Shown here: in pieces, positions 29,586-39,275 of the stretch
How the letters are laid out: every line of letters starts with the position of its first letter
Position numbering within the stretch: the stretch's first letter is position 1
DNA from: an uncultured delta proteobacterium
GTDB taxonomy: Bacteria > Myxococcota > Myxococcia > Myxococcales > Myxococcaceae
Length of the DNA stretch: 64,000 bases
NCBI GenBank assembly: GCA_963776345.1
Contig: CAVZMH010000022.1
Span: forward strand, 384,001-448,000
Reading direction: 5' to 3'
Position numbers and translations under genes: made by a program
The notes under the pieces: model-generated
What the model was told of the DNA's origin: nothing
The model's database searches: none
The model's input: the letters and a program-made list of their open reading frames with translations, nothing else

Positions 29586-30364
29586 GTCAGCCCCAGGTAG
29601 GCCCGTCGGACCTCGGCATCCGTGGACACCTCGGCGAAGGTGCCCTCGCAGAGCTTCTTGCCGTAGTTGAGCACGACGCACCGGTCGGTGACCCGCTCGA
29701 TGACCGACATCTCGTGCTCGATGAGGACGATGGTCAGGTCCCCGAACCGCCGTCGGACCTCGAGGATGTCGTCCATCAGCCGGGTGGTCTCCTCGGCGGT
29801 CATCCCGGCGGAGGGCTCGTCGAGGAGCAGCAGCCGGGGGCGGCTCATCAGCGCCCGGCAGATCTCCACCCGCCGGCGGTCGATCATCGCCACCCCCAGC
29901 ACCGGCTCGAACAGGCGCCGCGCCAGGGGTGGGTCGAAGATCTCCAGCAGCTCCCGGGCGGCGGTGGCGGTGGCGTCCGCCTGCTCCCGCAGGGCCTGGC
30001 GGCGCAGCAGGTTGAACGCCAGACCGTGGTCCAGCCGCTGGTGCGCTCCGATCGCCAGGTTGTCGAAGATGGAGAGCTCCAGGCAGAGCCGCGAGCGCTG
30101 GAAGGTGCGGGTGATGCCGGCGCGGTAGATCGCCTGGGGCGTGGCGCGGGCGAGGGACGTTCCGGCGAAGAGGATCTCGCCCTGGGTCGGCGGGAACAGC
30201 CCGGTGAGGACGTTGAAGAACGTGGTCTTCCCCGAGCCATTGGGCCCGATCAGTCCCAGGAGCTCTCCCCGCCGGACCTCGAGGTCCAGCCCCGCGAGCG
30301 CCACCAGGCCCCCGAAGTGGCGGGTGAGCCGGTGACAGACCAGCAGCGCCTCCGGCACGCTCAT
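29582..30364 (-). CDS. livG: ABC ATPase (LivG-like)
   Basis: FGGLVAL, GPNGSGKTT, RTFQ, LLLDEP, IEHEM. Confidence 0.9.
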   Translation of the reverse strand: MSVPEALLVCHRLTRHFGGLVALAGLDLEVRRGELLGLIGPNGSGKTTFFNVLTGLFPPTQGEILFAGTSLARATPQAIYRAGITRTFQRSRLCLELSIFDNLAIGAHQRLDHGLAFNLLRRQALREQADATATAARELLEIFDPPLARRLFEPVLGVAMIDRRRVEICRALMSRPRLLLLDEPSAGMTAEETTRLMDDILEVRRRFGDLTIVLIEHEMSVIERVTDRCVVLNYGKKLCEGTFAEVSTDAEVRRAYLGLT

Positions 30365-31512
30365 GCGGCGAGGCTCCCGAAGGGACGCCGGGCGATGCGG
30401 CGGATGAGCCCGGTCGGGCGAAGCACCAGGACCAGCACCACCAGCACCGAGAAGAGGAGGTACCGGTACTCCTGGATGGGCTGGAGCTTCTCCGGGAGCC
30501 AGATGACGATCAGCGCGGCCACCGCCAGCCCGGCGAGGTTCCCCAGCCCCCCGAGCAGGAGGATGGATACCAGCACCAGCGACTCCTGGAAGGTGAAGTT
30601 GTTGGGGGCGATGAAGCCCACCATCATCGCCGACAGGCCGCCGGCGACGCCGATGATGGCGTTGCCCAGCGTGAACGCGGCGATCTTCCAGCGTCCGATG
30701 GAGATCCCGAAGCAGGCCGCGGCGGTCTCGTCCAGCCGGACCGCGTCGAGCGCCACGCCGATCCACGAGCGCTCCACGCCCCGGACGAGCCACACCGCGA
30801 GCAGCGCCAGCGCCACCGCCGCGAGGCAGTAGAAGGCGTAGCCGGAGACTTCCACCCCGTGGAGCTGCCGGTCGTCGTTGAAGCTCGCGCCGAGGAGCCG
30901 GAGACCGCCGAGCTTGAGGCCCTGCGGTCCGCCCAGCGTCTCGTTGACCTCGAGGAAGGTCCGGAACAGCAGCCCGAAGGCGATGGTGATCAGCGCCGCG
31001 TAGTGCCCCCGCGTCCGGAGCAGGGGGAGGAGGAGCAGCGAGCCGACGGCGGCGGCCACGGCGCCGCTGGCGAGCAGCACCAGCAGATGCGGGGTCGCCC
31101 CGTGGCCGAGCACCGCGGCGGTGTAGCCGCCCACCCCGAAGAAGGCGGCGCCGGCGAAGTTGGGGACGCCAGCGTCCGCGAGCTGCACGTGCAGCCCGAG
31201 ACAGGCCACCAGGACGAGCAGCGCCCGGGCCATGAGCAACAGCACGAAGGGGTCGTCGTGGAAGACGCCGATCAACGCCACCGCGGCGAAGGCCAGGGCG
31301 ATCAGCACCGCCCGCTCGCCTGCGGCCTGGACCAGCCGGGGGAGCACCTTGCTTCGCAGGCCCCCGGCCACCACCACCACGGCGCCGGCCAGGACCAGGC
31401 CCACCGTCTTCTCCGACTCGGCGGCGAGGAACCCGTAGAGGAGGAGCCCGGCGACGGCGGCGATCGCCGTCGCGGACAGCGCCGCTCGCGCCCCGGCCTG
31501 CGCCGCTCTCAT
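30361..31512 (-). CDS. livM: ABC permease (LivM-like)
   Basis: LRTRGHYAALITIAFG, GGPQG, LGGLGN. Confidence 0.88.
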   Translation of the reverse strand: MRAAQAGARAALSATAIAAVAGLLLYGFLAAESEKTVGLVLAGAVVVVAGGLRSKVLPRLVQAAGERAVLIALAFAAVALIGVFHDDPFVLLLMARALLVLVACLGLHVQLADAGVPNFAGAAFFGVGGYTAAVLGHGATPHLLVLLASGAVAAAVGSLLLLPLLRTRGHYAALITIAFGLLFRTFLEVNETLGGPQGLKLGGLRLLGASFNDDRQLHGVEVSGYAFYCLAAVALALLAVWLVRGVERSWIGVALDAVRLDETAAACFGISIGRWKIAAFTLGNAIIGVAGGLSAMMVGFIAPNNFTFQESLVLVSILLLGGLGNLAGLAVAALIVIWLPEKLQPIQEYRYLLFSVLVVLVLVLRPTGLIRRIARRPFGSLAA

Positions 31513-32423
31513 ACCCGCTCGCCCAGCTCTTCCCCGATGAGGCCGGTGGGCTTCCAGGTCATGAGGAGGATGACCACCGCGAAGGCGAACACGTCCTTGT
31601 AGGCGGAGGCGAATGGCATCACGACGGCGCCCAGCGTCTGGAGCCCGGCGAAGAGGAAGCCGCCGAGGACGGCGCCGGTGAAGCTGCCCAGCCCGCCGAG
31701 CACCGCGGCGCTGAACCCGATGACCCCCAGCAGCAGCCCGGAGCCGAAGTTGATCTCGTTGTAGTACAGGCCGTTCATCACCCCGGCGAAGGCTGCCAGC
31801 GCCGAGCCGATGGCGAAGGTGAGGAGCACCACTCGCCGGAAGTCGATGCCCATGGTACGGGCGGTCTCCTCGTCCTGGGCCACCGCGCGGATGGCCAGTC
31901 CCAGGCGGGTGCGCCGGAGCAGCAGGGAGAGGCCGAGGACCAGCACCACCCCGGCGAGGAGCATCAGGAGGTTGTCCACCCGCAGGTTGAAGCGTCCCAT
32001 CGACCAGGAGGCGGTCGGGAGGAGCGCGGGGAAGCGCTGGGGCTGTGAGCCCCCCGGGTAGAAGAGCCGGATGCACTCGCGGAGCGCCGTGCCGCCCATC
32101 AGCGTGGCGAGGAGGGTGTTCAGCGCCGGCGCTCCCTTGAGCGGAAGGACCAGGACGCGTCCCAGGACGGCCCCGAGGAGCGCCATCGACAGGGTGGCGG
32201 CCAGCGCCACGACGATCAGCTGAGGCACCGCGGCCTGGACTCCGGCGTGGAGCAGCGCGGCGTAGGCGGCGAGGCCCACGAACGCTCCGGCGGTGAGCAC
32301 GTCACCATGGGCGAACTGGACCACGTCGAGGACGCCGAAGAAGAGCGTGAAGCCCAGCGCCACCAGGGCGTACATCAGCCCGAGCATCACGCCGTTCATC
32401 ACGTACTGCGCGAGGAGATCCAC
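31509..32423 (-). CDS. livH: ABC permease (LivH-like)
   Basis: YALVALGFTL..G..FAHG, GLAIRAVAQD, LGGLGS. Confidence 0.9.
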   Translation of the reverse strand: MDLLAQYVMNGVMLGLMYALVALGFTLFFGVLDVVQFAHGDVLTAGAFVGLAAYAALLHAGVQAAVPQLIVVALAATLSMALLGAVLGRVLVLPLKGAPALNTLLATLMGGTALRECIRLFYPGGSQPQRFPALLPTASWSMGRFNLRVDNLLMLLAGVVLVLGLSLLLRRTRLGLAIRAVAQDEETARTMGIDFRRVVLLTFAIGSALAAFAGVMNGLYYNEINFGSGLLLGVIGFSAAVLGGLGSFTGAVLGGFLFAGLQTLGAVVMPFASAYKDVFAFAVVILLMTWKPTGLIGEELGERV

Positions 32424-32448
32424 GGGCCGTCGCCCAGACCGGCGCCGC

Positions 32449-33606
32449 TCAGCGCCCCTTCAGCTTCCGCTTCCCGGCGGCGTACTCGCTGTCCTCCCAG
32501 ACGACCCACTTCCCGTCCTGGACGACATAGGCGGTGATGGCGGCGACCGTGTTCTGGCCGTGGTCGTCGAAGGTGATGGGGCCGACGATGGAGTCCCGGT
32601 TCTTCACCTCGCCCAGGGCGGTGAGAATCTTCTTCCGGTCCGGGCCGACCTTGTCGATGGTGTCCATCAGGAGCGTCGCCGCGGCGTAGGCGAAGGGGCC
32701 ATAGGCCTCGGGCGGGTTCGGGTACTTCTGCTCGGCATACTTCTCGAGGAAGAACTTTCCGCCGGGCAGCTTCTCGGCGGGCGCGCCCTCGCGAAAGGCC
32801 ACCACGCCCTCGGCGAGCGGGCCGAGGGCCTTGATGAAGTCGTCATTGACGATGCCCGAGGTGCCCTGGAACTGGGCGTTGATGCCCAGCTTGTCCATCT
32901 GGGCGCGGATGCGGACGCCGATCGGGGTGAGGCCGCCGAAGAAGATGACCTCGGGGTTCAGGGCCTTGGCCTGGGTGAGCTCGGCGGTGAAGTCCTGCTG
33001 GTCGGCGGTGACGCCGAAGCTGCCGAGGATCTTCCCGCCGCCGGCGGTGGCGAACTGGGTGAAGTACTTCTCGTGGCCCTTTCCGTAGTCGGTGGTGTCG
33101 TGGATGATCACCCAGCGCCGGAAGCCCTGCTTGAGCATCAGCTTCGCCGCGGTCTCGTTCTGGTTGATCATCGTCCCGTTCACCCGGTGGATCTCCTTGT
33201 AGGAGTGGCCGTAGGTGATGTCGGGGAGCACCGCGCCCCAGACGATGGTCGGCAGCCCGAGCCGGTGGAAGGTCTCCACCGTGGCCACCGCCACCACCGA
33301 GCAATAGTGGGTGACGCCCGCGACGATAGACTTGTCGGCCCCGGCCTTGGTGGCGACCTGGACGCCGGTGTCCGGCTTGCACTCGTCGTCCAGGACGACC
33401 AGCTCGTACTGGTACTTCGACTTGGGGTCGGCGTTTCGCAGCTTCACGGCGACGTCGGCCGAGTTCCGGCCGCCGAGGCCGATGGCGGAGTTCCCGCCGG
33501 TGAGGGGGCCGATGAAGGCCAGCTTCACGGTCTCCTTCGCGGAGGCGGGCAGCGCGACCAGGAGCACGAGAAGGGCGAGGCGGAGAAGGGCGAGCGTCCT
33601 GAGCAT
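32449..33606 (-). CDS. ABC substrate-binding protein (LivJ/K-like)
   Basis: Signal peptide, IGPLTG, DDECKP, HYCS, TDYGKG, ITFDDHG. Confidence 0.9.
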   Translation of the reverse strand: MLRTLALLRLALLVLLVALPASAKETVKLAFIGPLTGGNSAIGLGGRNSADVAVKLRNADPKSKYQYELVVLDDECKPDTGVQVATKAGADKSIVAGVTHYCSVVAVATVETFHRLGLPTIVWGAVLPDITYGHSYKEIHRVNGTMINQNETAAKLMLKQGFRRWVIIHDTTDYGKGHEKYFTQFATAGGGKILGSFGVTADQQDFTAELTQAKALNPEVIFFGGLTPIGVRIRAQMDKLGINAQFQGTSGIVNDDFIKALGPLAEGVVAFREGAPAEKLPGGKFFLEKYAEQKYPNPPEAYGPFAYAAATLLMDTIDKVGPDRKKILTALGEVKNRDSIVGPITFDDHGQNTVAAITAYVVQDGKWVVWEDSEYAAGKRKLKGR

Positions 33607-33692
33607 GGTTCTCCCCGGGGTCTGGATCCGGGGCGGTCTACCACGCATCGGTTCGTGAGGGCGGGGAAGCTGAGTGGGGACGAGCCCTGACC

Positions 33693-34649
33693 TCAGCGGT
33701 GGCCGCCGCCGCCGTGACCGCCGCCGCCGAAGCCACCGCCATGGCCGCCGCCACCGAAGCCACCGCCATGGCCGCCGCCGCCGAAGCCACCGCCATGGCC
33801 GCCGCCGCCGAAGCCACCGCCGTGACCGCCGCCGCCGAAGCCACCGCCATGGCCGCCGCCGCCGAAGCCGCCGGGGTGACCGCCACCGCCGAAGCCACCG
33901 GGGTGACCGCCGCTGCCAAAGCCGCCGGCGTGACCGCCGCTGCCGAATCCGCCCGGATGGCCACCGGGCCGCCCGAATCCGCCCGGACTGCCGCCGCCGC
34001 CGAATCCGCCCGGGCGGCCACCGGACCGCCCGAATCCGCCCGGACTGCCGCCGACGCCGACTCCACCCGGACGGCCGTCGAAGCCACCGGGCCGCCCGAA
34101 CCCGCCAGGGTGACCGCCACCGCCGAATCCGCCCGGCCGGACGCCGGGGGCGCCACCCCGGTCACCCGGATGGCCGAAGCCGCGGCCTCCGTAGGGGCCG
34201 GCCCAGCCGCGGTGTCCCCAGTCCCCGCGACCGGCCCAGCCCGCCCCACCGCGAAAGCCGTACCAGCGGCCGTAGCCCCGGCCGTACCATCCGAAGTGGG
34301 ACCACCCGTACACGCCGAAGTAGGGACTCGGCCCGAGCCCCCAGAGCCAGGGCGCGGTCACCCAGCACCATCCGTACGACGGGTAATAAACGTACATGTC
34401 CGGGACGCCGCCGTCGGAGGGGAGGTAGCTGTACGCATCGCCGTAGGGCATCCACACCCATCCGTACTGGCCGGTGTAGACCCACTGTCCCCCGGCGGAC
34501 GGGGTGACGCTCGTCTGGTCAGGGGCGACCGGAGCACCTTCCGGCTGGGGCACGGACGGGGCCTGCATCATGTCCGGGTCCGAGGTGGCCACCTGTGCGT
34601 TCGCCAGCAACGGCCCGAGCAGCAACACCGCGGCAAGAAGTGTCTTCAT
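33693..34649 (-). CDS. Secreted protein with a Tyr/Trp-rich domain and a long Gly-rich tail
   Basis: MKTLLAAVLL signal; GQWVYTGQYGWVWMPY...YGWCWVTAPW; GGFG repeats to the C-terminus. Confidence 0.75.
   Translation of the reverse strand: MKTLLAAVLLLGPLLANAQVATSDPDMMQAPSVPQPEGAPVAPDQTSVTPSAGGQWVYTGQYGWVWMPYGDAYSYLPSDGGVPDMYVYYPSYGWCWVTAPWLWGLGPSPYFGVYGWSHFGWYGRGYGRWYGFRGGAGWAGRGDWGHRGWAGPYGGRGFGHPGDRGGAPGVRPGGFGGGGHPGGFGRPGGFDGRPGGVGVGGSPGGFGRSGGRPGGFGGGGSPGGFGRPGGHPGGFGSGGHAGGFGSGGHPGGFGGGGHPGGFGGGGHGGGFGGGGHGGGFGGGGHGGGFGGGGHGGGFGGGGHGGGFGGGGHGGGGHR
33698..34160 (-). repeat. Coding tandem repeat, mostly 24-bp (GGFGGGGH) and related 27-bp units
   Basis: Repeated gccgccgccgaagccaccgccatg-like units on the + strand. 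Confidence 0.85.
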
Positions 34650-34774
34650 CGTTGCGACCTCAACGACCTTCGACGCCAGGCCGTGCCGCTTATTCCAAGC
34701 AGCGGGTGCCGGACTGCCGAACGGACGGTCGGCCCCCACCCTCGCCAGCAGCGCACCCCGCCGGGAGCGTTCCG

Positions 34775-35599
34775 TCACTTCCCCTCGAACACGGGGGGCC
34801 GGCGCTCGACGAAGGCGGCGATCGCCTCCTGGAAGTCCGCCGAGGGCATCACCGACGCGTTCTGCATCAGCGCCTCGCGGAGCCCGCGGTTCACGCTGTC
34901 GTCGATGCGGGCGTTCATCACCCGCTTGGTCGCGGCCACCGCCAGCGGCGGGTTGGCGGCGATCCGGGCCGCGAGCGCGCGCGCGCGAGCCAGGAGCTCC
35001 GCCGGGTCCTCGAGGACCGCATTGACCAGCCCCATCCGCTCCGCCGCGGTCGCGCCATAGTCGTCGCCGGTCAGCGCCATCTCCCGCGCATGCCCCTCGC
35101 CGACGATGAAGGGCAGCCGCTGCAGCCCACCGAGGTCCGAGACCATGCTCACCTTCACCTCGCGGAGGCTGAACCGGGCCACGGTGGTGCAGAGCCGCAC
35201 GTCGCAGGCGCAGGCGAGCTCGACCCCGGCGCCGATGCACCAGCCATCGATCGCGGCGAGCACCGGCTTGCTGCATGCGGCCACGGCCCGGAACGCCCGC
35301 TGCAACCCCTCGCCTGCTTCCACCAGACGGGCCCGCTCGGCGGCACCTCCGGTCACCAGCGGGAGCACCACCGGGCCCATCGCCATCAGATCCAGCCCGT
35401 AGGTGAAATGCACGCCCTCGCCGCGGACGATGATCGCCCGCACGCCGGCGTCGGATCCGAGGTCGGCGAAGACGCCCGGGGCCTCGGCCCAGAACTCGGG
35501 GCCGAAGGCGTTTCCCTTGCCCGGCCCGATCAGCACCACCTCGACCACATGGGGAAGGCCGCCGCGGTCCACGCGGAGCGACCGGAGCGCCTCGTTCAT
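34775..35599 (-). CDS. Enoyl-CoA hydratase/isomerase (crotonase)
   Basis: FTYGLDL, KPVLAAIDGWCIGAGVEL, SDLGGLQRLP, AFVERRPPVF. Confidence 0.92.
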   Translation of the reverse strand: MNEALRSLRVDRGGLPHVVEVVLIGPGKGNAFGPEFWAEAPGVFADLGSDAGVRAIIVRGEGVHFTYGLDLMAMGPVVLPLVTGGAAERARLVEAGEGLQRAFRAVAACSKPVLAAIDGWCIGAGVELACACDVRLCTTVARFSLREVKVSMVSDLGGLQRLPFIVGEGHAREMALTGDDYGATAAERMGLVNAVLEDPAELLARARALAARIAANPPLAVAATKRVMNARIDDSVNRGLREALMQNASVMPSADFQEAIAAFVERRPPVFEGK

Positions 35600-35745
35600 G
35601 GGGGTGAAGCCTAGCGGAGTCCGGAGCCGGCCCGGAGCGCCCGCTCGCATTCCCCCGGAGCGCAGTGCCGGCGCGGCTCTCGCCGCCGGTCCGCTGCAAT
35701 GGGCGGCGAGCGACCGCGTCCGGGAGTTAGCCTCCGGAGATCGAC

Positions 35746-37110
35746 ATGCTGACCGCGCTCGTCACCCTGACCCTCCTCGCTCCGGCCCCCGGGGTCCCTC
35801 ACGCACCCGCGGGCCCGCCTGCGTCGGGCATCGTCTTTCTCGAGGACGACTACCGGGGCGCGCTGGCCAGGGCGAGGGCCGAGAAGAAGCCGCTCTTCCT
35901 CGACACCTGGGCCACCTGGTGCCACTCGTGCCTGTCGATGCGCGCCTTCGTCTTCCCCGACGCGGGGCTGCGGCCGGCGAAGGACGCGGTGGTCTGGCTC
36001 GCGGTCGAGACCGAGGCGGAGAAGAACCGCGAGGTGGTGGAGAAGTTCCCCGCCGACGGGCTTCCGACCTTCCTCCTCATCGATCCCGACACCGAGCAGG
36101 TGATCGGCCGCTGGCTGGGCTCCTCCTCCGTGAACGAGATGCGGCAGTTCGTCCTGGAGACCACCGCCGCCTGGCAGGCGGCGCGGAAGGGCGGCAAGGT
36201 GTCCGAGGCCACGCGGGCCGAGCAGCAGGGGCACGCGGCGCAGCAGAAGCGCGACCGCGCCGGGGCGGTCGCGGCGTACCGGCGCGCCCTCGAGCTCTCG
36301 GCCAGGAACGACCCGCTGCGCCCGGAGCGGGTGAGCCTGCTGGTGGCGGCGCTGGGCCGCCTCCGCACGCCCGAGGCGCTGAGAGAATGCGTGGCACTGG
36401 CGCGCGCGGAGCTCCCGGGCATGCCGGCGAGTCCGCCCGGCGCGGACTTCAGCACCAGCGCCGCGGAGTGCGCCGCCACCGCCAGGGACATGCCGGAGGC
36501 GAAGGCGTTGCTGCCGGCGGCGCTGGCGCGGATGGAGGCGCTGGCCGGTGACCGGACCGCCGCGCTCTCGGTCGACGACCGGAGCGACCTCTACGCCAAC
36601 CTCGCTGACCAGCTGGACGAGCTGAAGCGCCACGACGAGGCCGTGGCGGCGATGCGCAAGCGCGCGGCGATGCTCGAGGCGGCCGCGGGGGTGGCGCCGG
36701 ACGTCGCGACCGCCGCCACCTTCGACGCGCACCGGACCGAGACCTACCTCTACCTGGGCGAGCTGGCGAAGGCGGAGGCGCTGCTCACCGCGCGCGAGAA
36801 GGAGATGCCCGCGGACTACAACCCGCCGGCGCGGCTCGCCCGGGTGCTCCTCGAGGAGAAGCGGGCGCCCGAGGCGGAGGCGGCGGTGAATCGTGCGCTC
36901 GCGCTGATGCCCCAGGGGCCGCGCAAGGTGGGCATCCTGGGACTGAAGGCGCGCATCCTCGAGGCGCAGGGCAAGGACCGGGCGCCGGTTCTCCGCGAGC
37001 AGCTCGCGCTGCTCAGGACGTTGCCCGGAACGCAGCGGCAGCCGGAGGTCGAGCAGCGCATCGAGGCGGAGCTCAAGGCGATCGGGGCCGCGCCCCACGC
37101 CAAGCTCTGA
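35746..37110 (+). CDS. Exported thioredoxin-domain + TPR-like protein
   Basis: Signal peptide, KKPLFLDTWATWCHSC, helical C-terminus. Confidence 0.82.
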   Translation: MLTALVTLTLLAPAPGVPHAPAGPPASGIVFLEDDYRGALARARAEKKPLFLDTWATWCHSCLSMRAFVFPDAGLRPAKDAVVWLAVETEAEKNREVVEKFPADGLPTFLLIDPDTEQVIGRWLGSSSVNEMRQFVLETTAAWQAARKGGKVSEATRAEQQGHAAQQKRDRAGAVAAYRRALELSARNDPLRPERVSLLVAALGRLRTPEALRECVALARAELPGMPASPPGADFSTSAAECAATARDMPEAKALLPAALARMEALAGDRTAALSVDDRSDLYANLADQLDELKRHDEAVAAMRKRAAMLEAAAGVAPDVATAATFDAHRTETYLYLGELAKAEALLTAREKEMPADYNPPARLARVLLEEKRAPEAEAAVNRALALMPQGPRKVGILGLKARILEAQGKDRAPVLREQLALLRTLPGTQRQPEVEQRIEAELKAIGAAPHAKL

Positions 37111-37115
37111 GCCGA

Positions 37116-37137
37116 AGCCCCCTTCTTTCGGGGGGTT
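37116..37137 (+). terminator. Putative terminator hairpin
   Basis: agccccct-tctttc-ggggggtt just after the stop codon; weak U-tract. Confidence 0.4.
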
Positions 37138-37250
37138 GAAACTGCCTGCCAGCTTTGTCCCTCGTCTTGCGCAATGGGGAGCGCGGGACTGCCCGGCGCT
37201 CGCCGGTTCGACTCGCCTCGGGGCCCACTCGGGGCAAAAGGAGAGGACAG

Positions 37251-38069
37251 ATGCGGAAGCTGATACTGGCGGGATTCGCCGCATTTCTCGGCGCTTGCGG
37301 CGGTGGCAACGGCAACAACAACAACGGGACGCCGGGTCTGAAGACGTTCAGCTACGGGACTCCCCAGGCGCCCACCACGGCGCAGAAGGCCACGGCCACC
37401 AGGGCCCAGACCCAGCTCAACTCGGCGGTGAGCGCCTCGGTGAACGGTCAGGTGTCCGGCGCCGCCGGGCTTCCAACGCTGACCGACTCTCTGGCCGGAT
37501 CGCTTCACGCCCTGATGGCGATTCCGGGCGACCCGGCGCTCACCGCTGGCGAACACTCCCCAGCAGCTCTGTTCGCCCGCCACAGTGGAGCGCTGAATAC
37601 GGGCTGCTACACGTACACCAGCACGAGCATCACCTACAGCAACTGCACCGTCTCGGGCAGCGGCTTCTCCGAGACGCTGAACGGGACGTTGACGGTCAGC
37701 TCCCCCTCGGTCACCTGGAACCTGACCGTGACCTGGAACTACAGCTCCGGGAACATCACCGAGAACGGAACCTACGACTGGACCGGGCAGGTGACGGTCA
37801 CCGCCAGCACCATCGTGGGCCAGGGGCGGAGCAGCTTCACCGGCCATCTGGTGAACGGTTCGACGACGTACGATTACCAGTACACCGCTGGCTTCGACGC
37901 GAACCTCACGTACCAGTCCACGCCGTCGTTCTGCATCACCGGAGGGACCCTGGAGGTCCGCCGGACACTCAACTCGGCCAGCAACGCCGGGGCCATCCCG
38001 GTGCACGACGCGGCGGCCAAGTACACCTGGTCGGGCTGTGGAAGCGTGACCGTCGCCACGGGGACGTAG
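37251..38069 (+). CDS. Thr/Ser-rich lipoprotein of unknown function
   Basis: RBS aaggagagg; MRKLILAGFAAFLGAC lipobox; alternating beta-strand pattern. Confidence 0.8.
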   Translation: MRKLILAGFAAFLGACGGGNGNNNNGTPGLKTFSYGTPQAPTTAQKATATRAQTQLNSAVSASVNGQVSGAAGLPTLTDSLAGSLHALMAIPGDPALTAGEHSPAALFARHSGALNTGCYTYTSTSITYSNCTVSGSGFSETLNGTLTVSSPSVTWNLTVTWNYSSGNITENGTYDWTGQVTVTASTIVGQGRSSFTGHLVNGSTTYDYQYTAGFDANLTYQSTPSFCITGGTLEVRRTLNSASNAGAIPVHDAAAKYTWSGCGSVTVATGT

Positions 38070-38164
38070 GCGCCCCCGCGGGCATCACGCCGGGGGGGCC
38101 GCAGCTCCAGGGCCGAGGTCTGCTCCGGCGTGAACACCGCCCCGGGGTTGGTACAGTCCGCGGG

Positions 38165-39256
38165 ATGGTGGTCGCGCTCCTGGGGTTCGGGCGTTTCGGG
38201 CGAGCGCTGGGGTCGCTCCTGGAGGAGGGGCAGGTCCCGTACCGCGCGCTCGATCCACGGGTCGACGTGCCGCAGCGGGTGCGGGCCGCCGGGCTCCCGG
38301 AACTCGTGGCGGGGGCGAGCTTCGTGGTGCTGGCGGTGCCGGTCCCGCGCACCAGGAGCGCGCTCGAGGCCCTGCGGCCTTTCCTGACCAAGGAGCAGAT
38401 CGTCCTCGACGTCGGCAGCGTGAAGGTGCACCCCTACGCAGATCTGGAATCGGTGCTCGGCGAGGCGATTCCCTGGGTGGCCACCCACCCGCTGTTCGGG
38501 CCGGTGAGCCTCGCCCTCGCCGAGCGCCCGCTGCGGGTCGTGGTCTGCCCGTCACCCCGGCATCCGGAGGCGGCGGCGCGCACGGCCGAGCTCTACCGTC
38601 GCATCGGCTGCGAGGTCATCGAGCAGACGCCCGAGAGCCACGACCGGGTGATGGCCCACACCCACGCGCTCACCTTCTTCGTCGCCAAGGGCATGCTCGA
38701 CGCCGGCGCGGGAATGGACGTGCCCTTCGCCCCGCCGTCGTTCCAGGCCATCTCCCGTACCATCGAGACGGTGCGCTCCGACGCCGGTCACCTCTTCGCC
38801 GCCATCCAGCGTGAGAACCCCTTCGCCCACCAGGCCCGGCAGCAGCTCCTCGAGGCGCTGGCGGAGATCAACCGGGCGCTCGAGGTCACGCCCGAGGACG
38901 CCGTCCCCGGATCGGCGAGCTTCGCCATCCCCGACCTCGGCGCCCGGTCGCCCGAGCTCCAGGAGACGCGCGACCTGATCGACGCGGTGGACCGTGAGCT
39001 CCTCGCCCTCCTCGCACGCCGCGCCACGCTCGCGCAGCGGGCCGGCAAGGCCAAGGCCGGGCTCGGCCATCCCATCCTCGACCCCGCCCGCGAAGCCGGC
39101 CTCCTCGCCGAGCGCCGCGTGTGGGCCGAGTCCGCTCACCTCGACCCCGAGGCGATCGACGAGCTCTTCCGCGCCATCCTCCGCTTCTCCCGCCGCGCCC
39201 AGCGGGGTGAGCCGCGGCCGGCGGCGGAGCCCGGGGACGAGCCGGGCACGGGCTAG
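38165..39256 (+). CDS. tyrA: Prephenate/arogenate dehydrogenase - chorismate mutase fusion
   Basis: GFGRFG, DVGSVK, HPLFGP, HDRVMA; C-terminal LQETRDLIDAVDRELLALLARR..DPARE (AroQ type). Confidence 0.88.
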   Translation: MVVALLGFGRFGRALGSLLEEGQVPYRALDPRVDVPQRVRAAGLPELVAGASFVVLAVPVPRTRSALEALRPFLTKEQIVLDVGSVKVHPYADLESVLGEAIPWVATHPLFGPVSLALAERPLRVVVCPSPRHPEAAARTAELYRRIGCEVIEQTPESHDRVMAHTHALTFFVAKGMLDAGAGMDVPFAPPSFQAISRTIETVRSDAGHLFAAIQRENPFAHQARQQLLEALAEINRALEVTPEDAVPGSASFAIPDLGARSPELQETRDLIDAVDRELLALLARRATLAQRAGKAKAGLGHPILDPAREAGLLAERRVWAESAHLDPEAIDELFRAILRFSRRAQRGEPRPAAEPGDEPGTG

Positions 39257-39275
39257 CGGCGGGGGAGCCGGGCGC

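Noticed and set aside
27715..33606. Liv-type ABC + M20 hydrolase operon as a novel system
   Set aside because: A common uptake-and-hydrolysis arrangement; only the substrate is unknown.
33693..35699. 668-aa fusion ORF
   Set aside because: The upstream half is an off-frame read of the crotonase; the real protein begins with a signal peptide at 34649.
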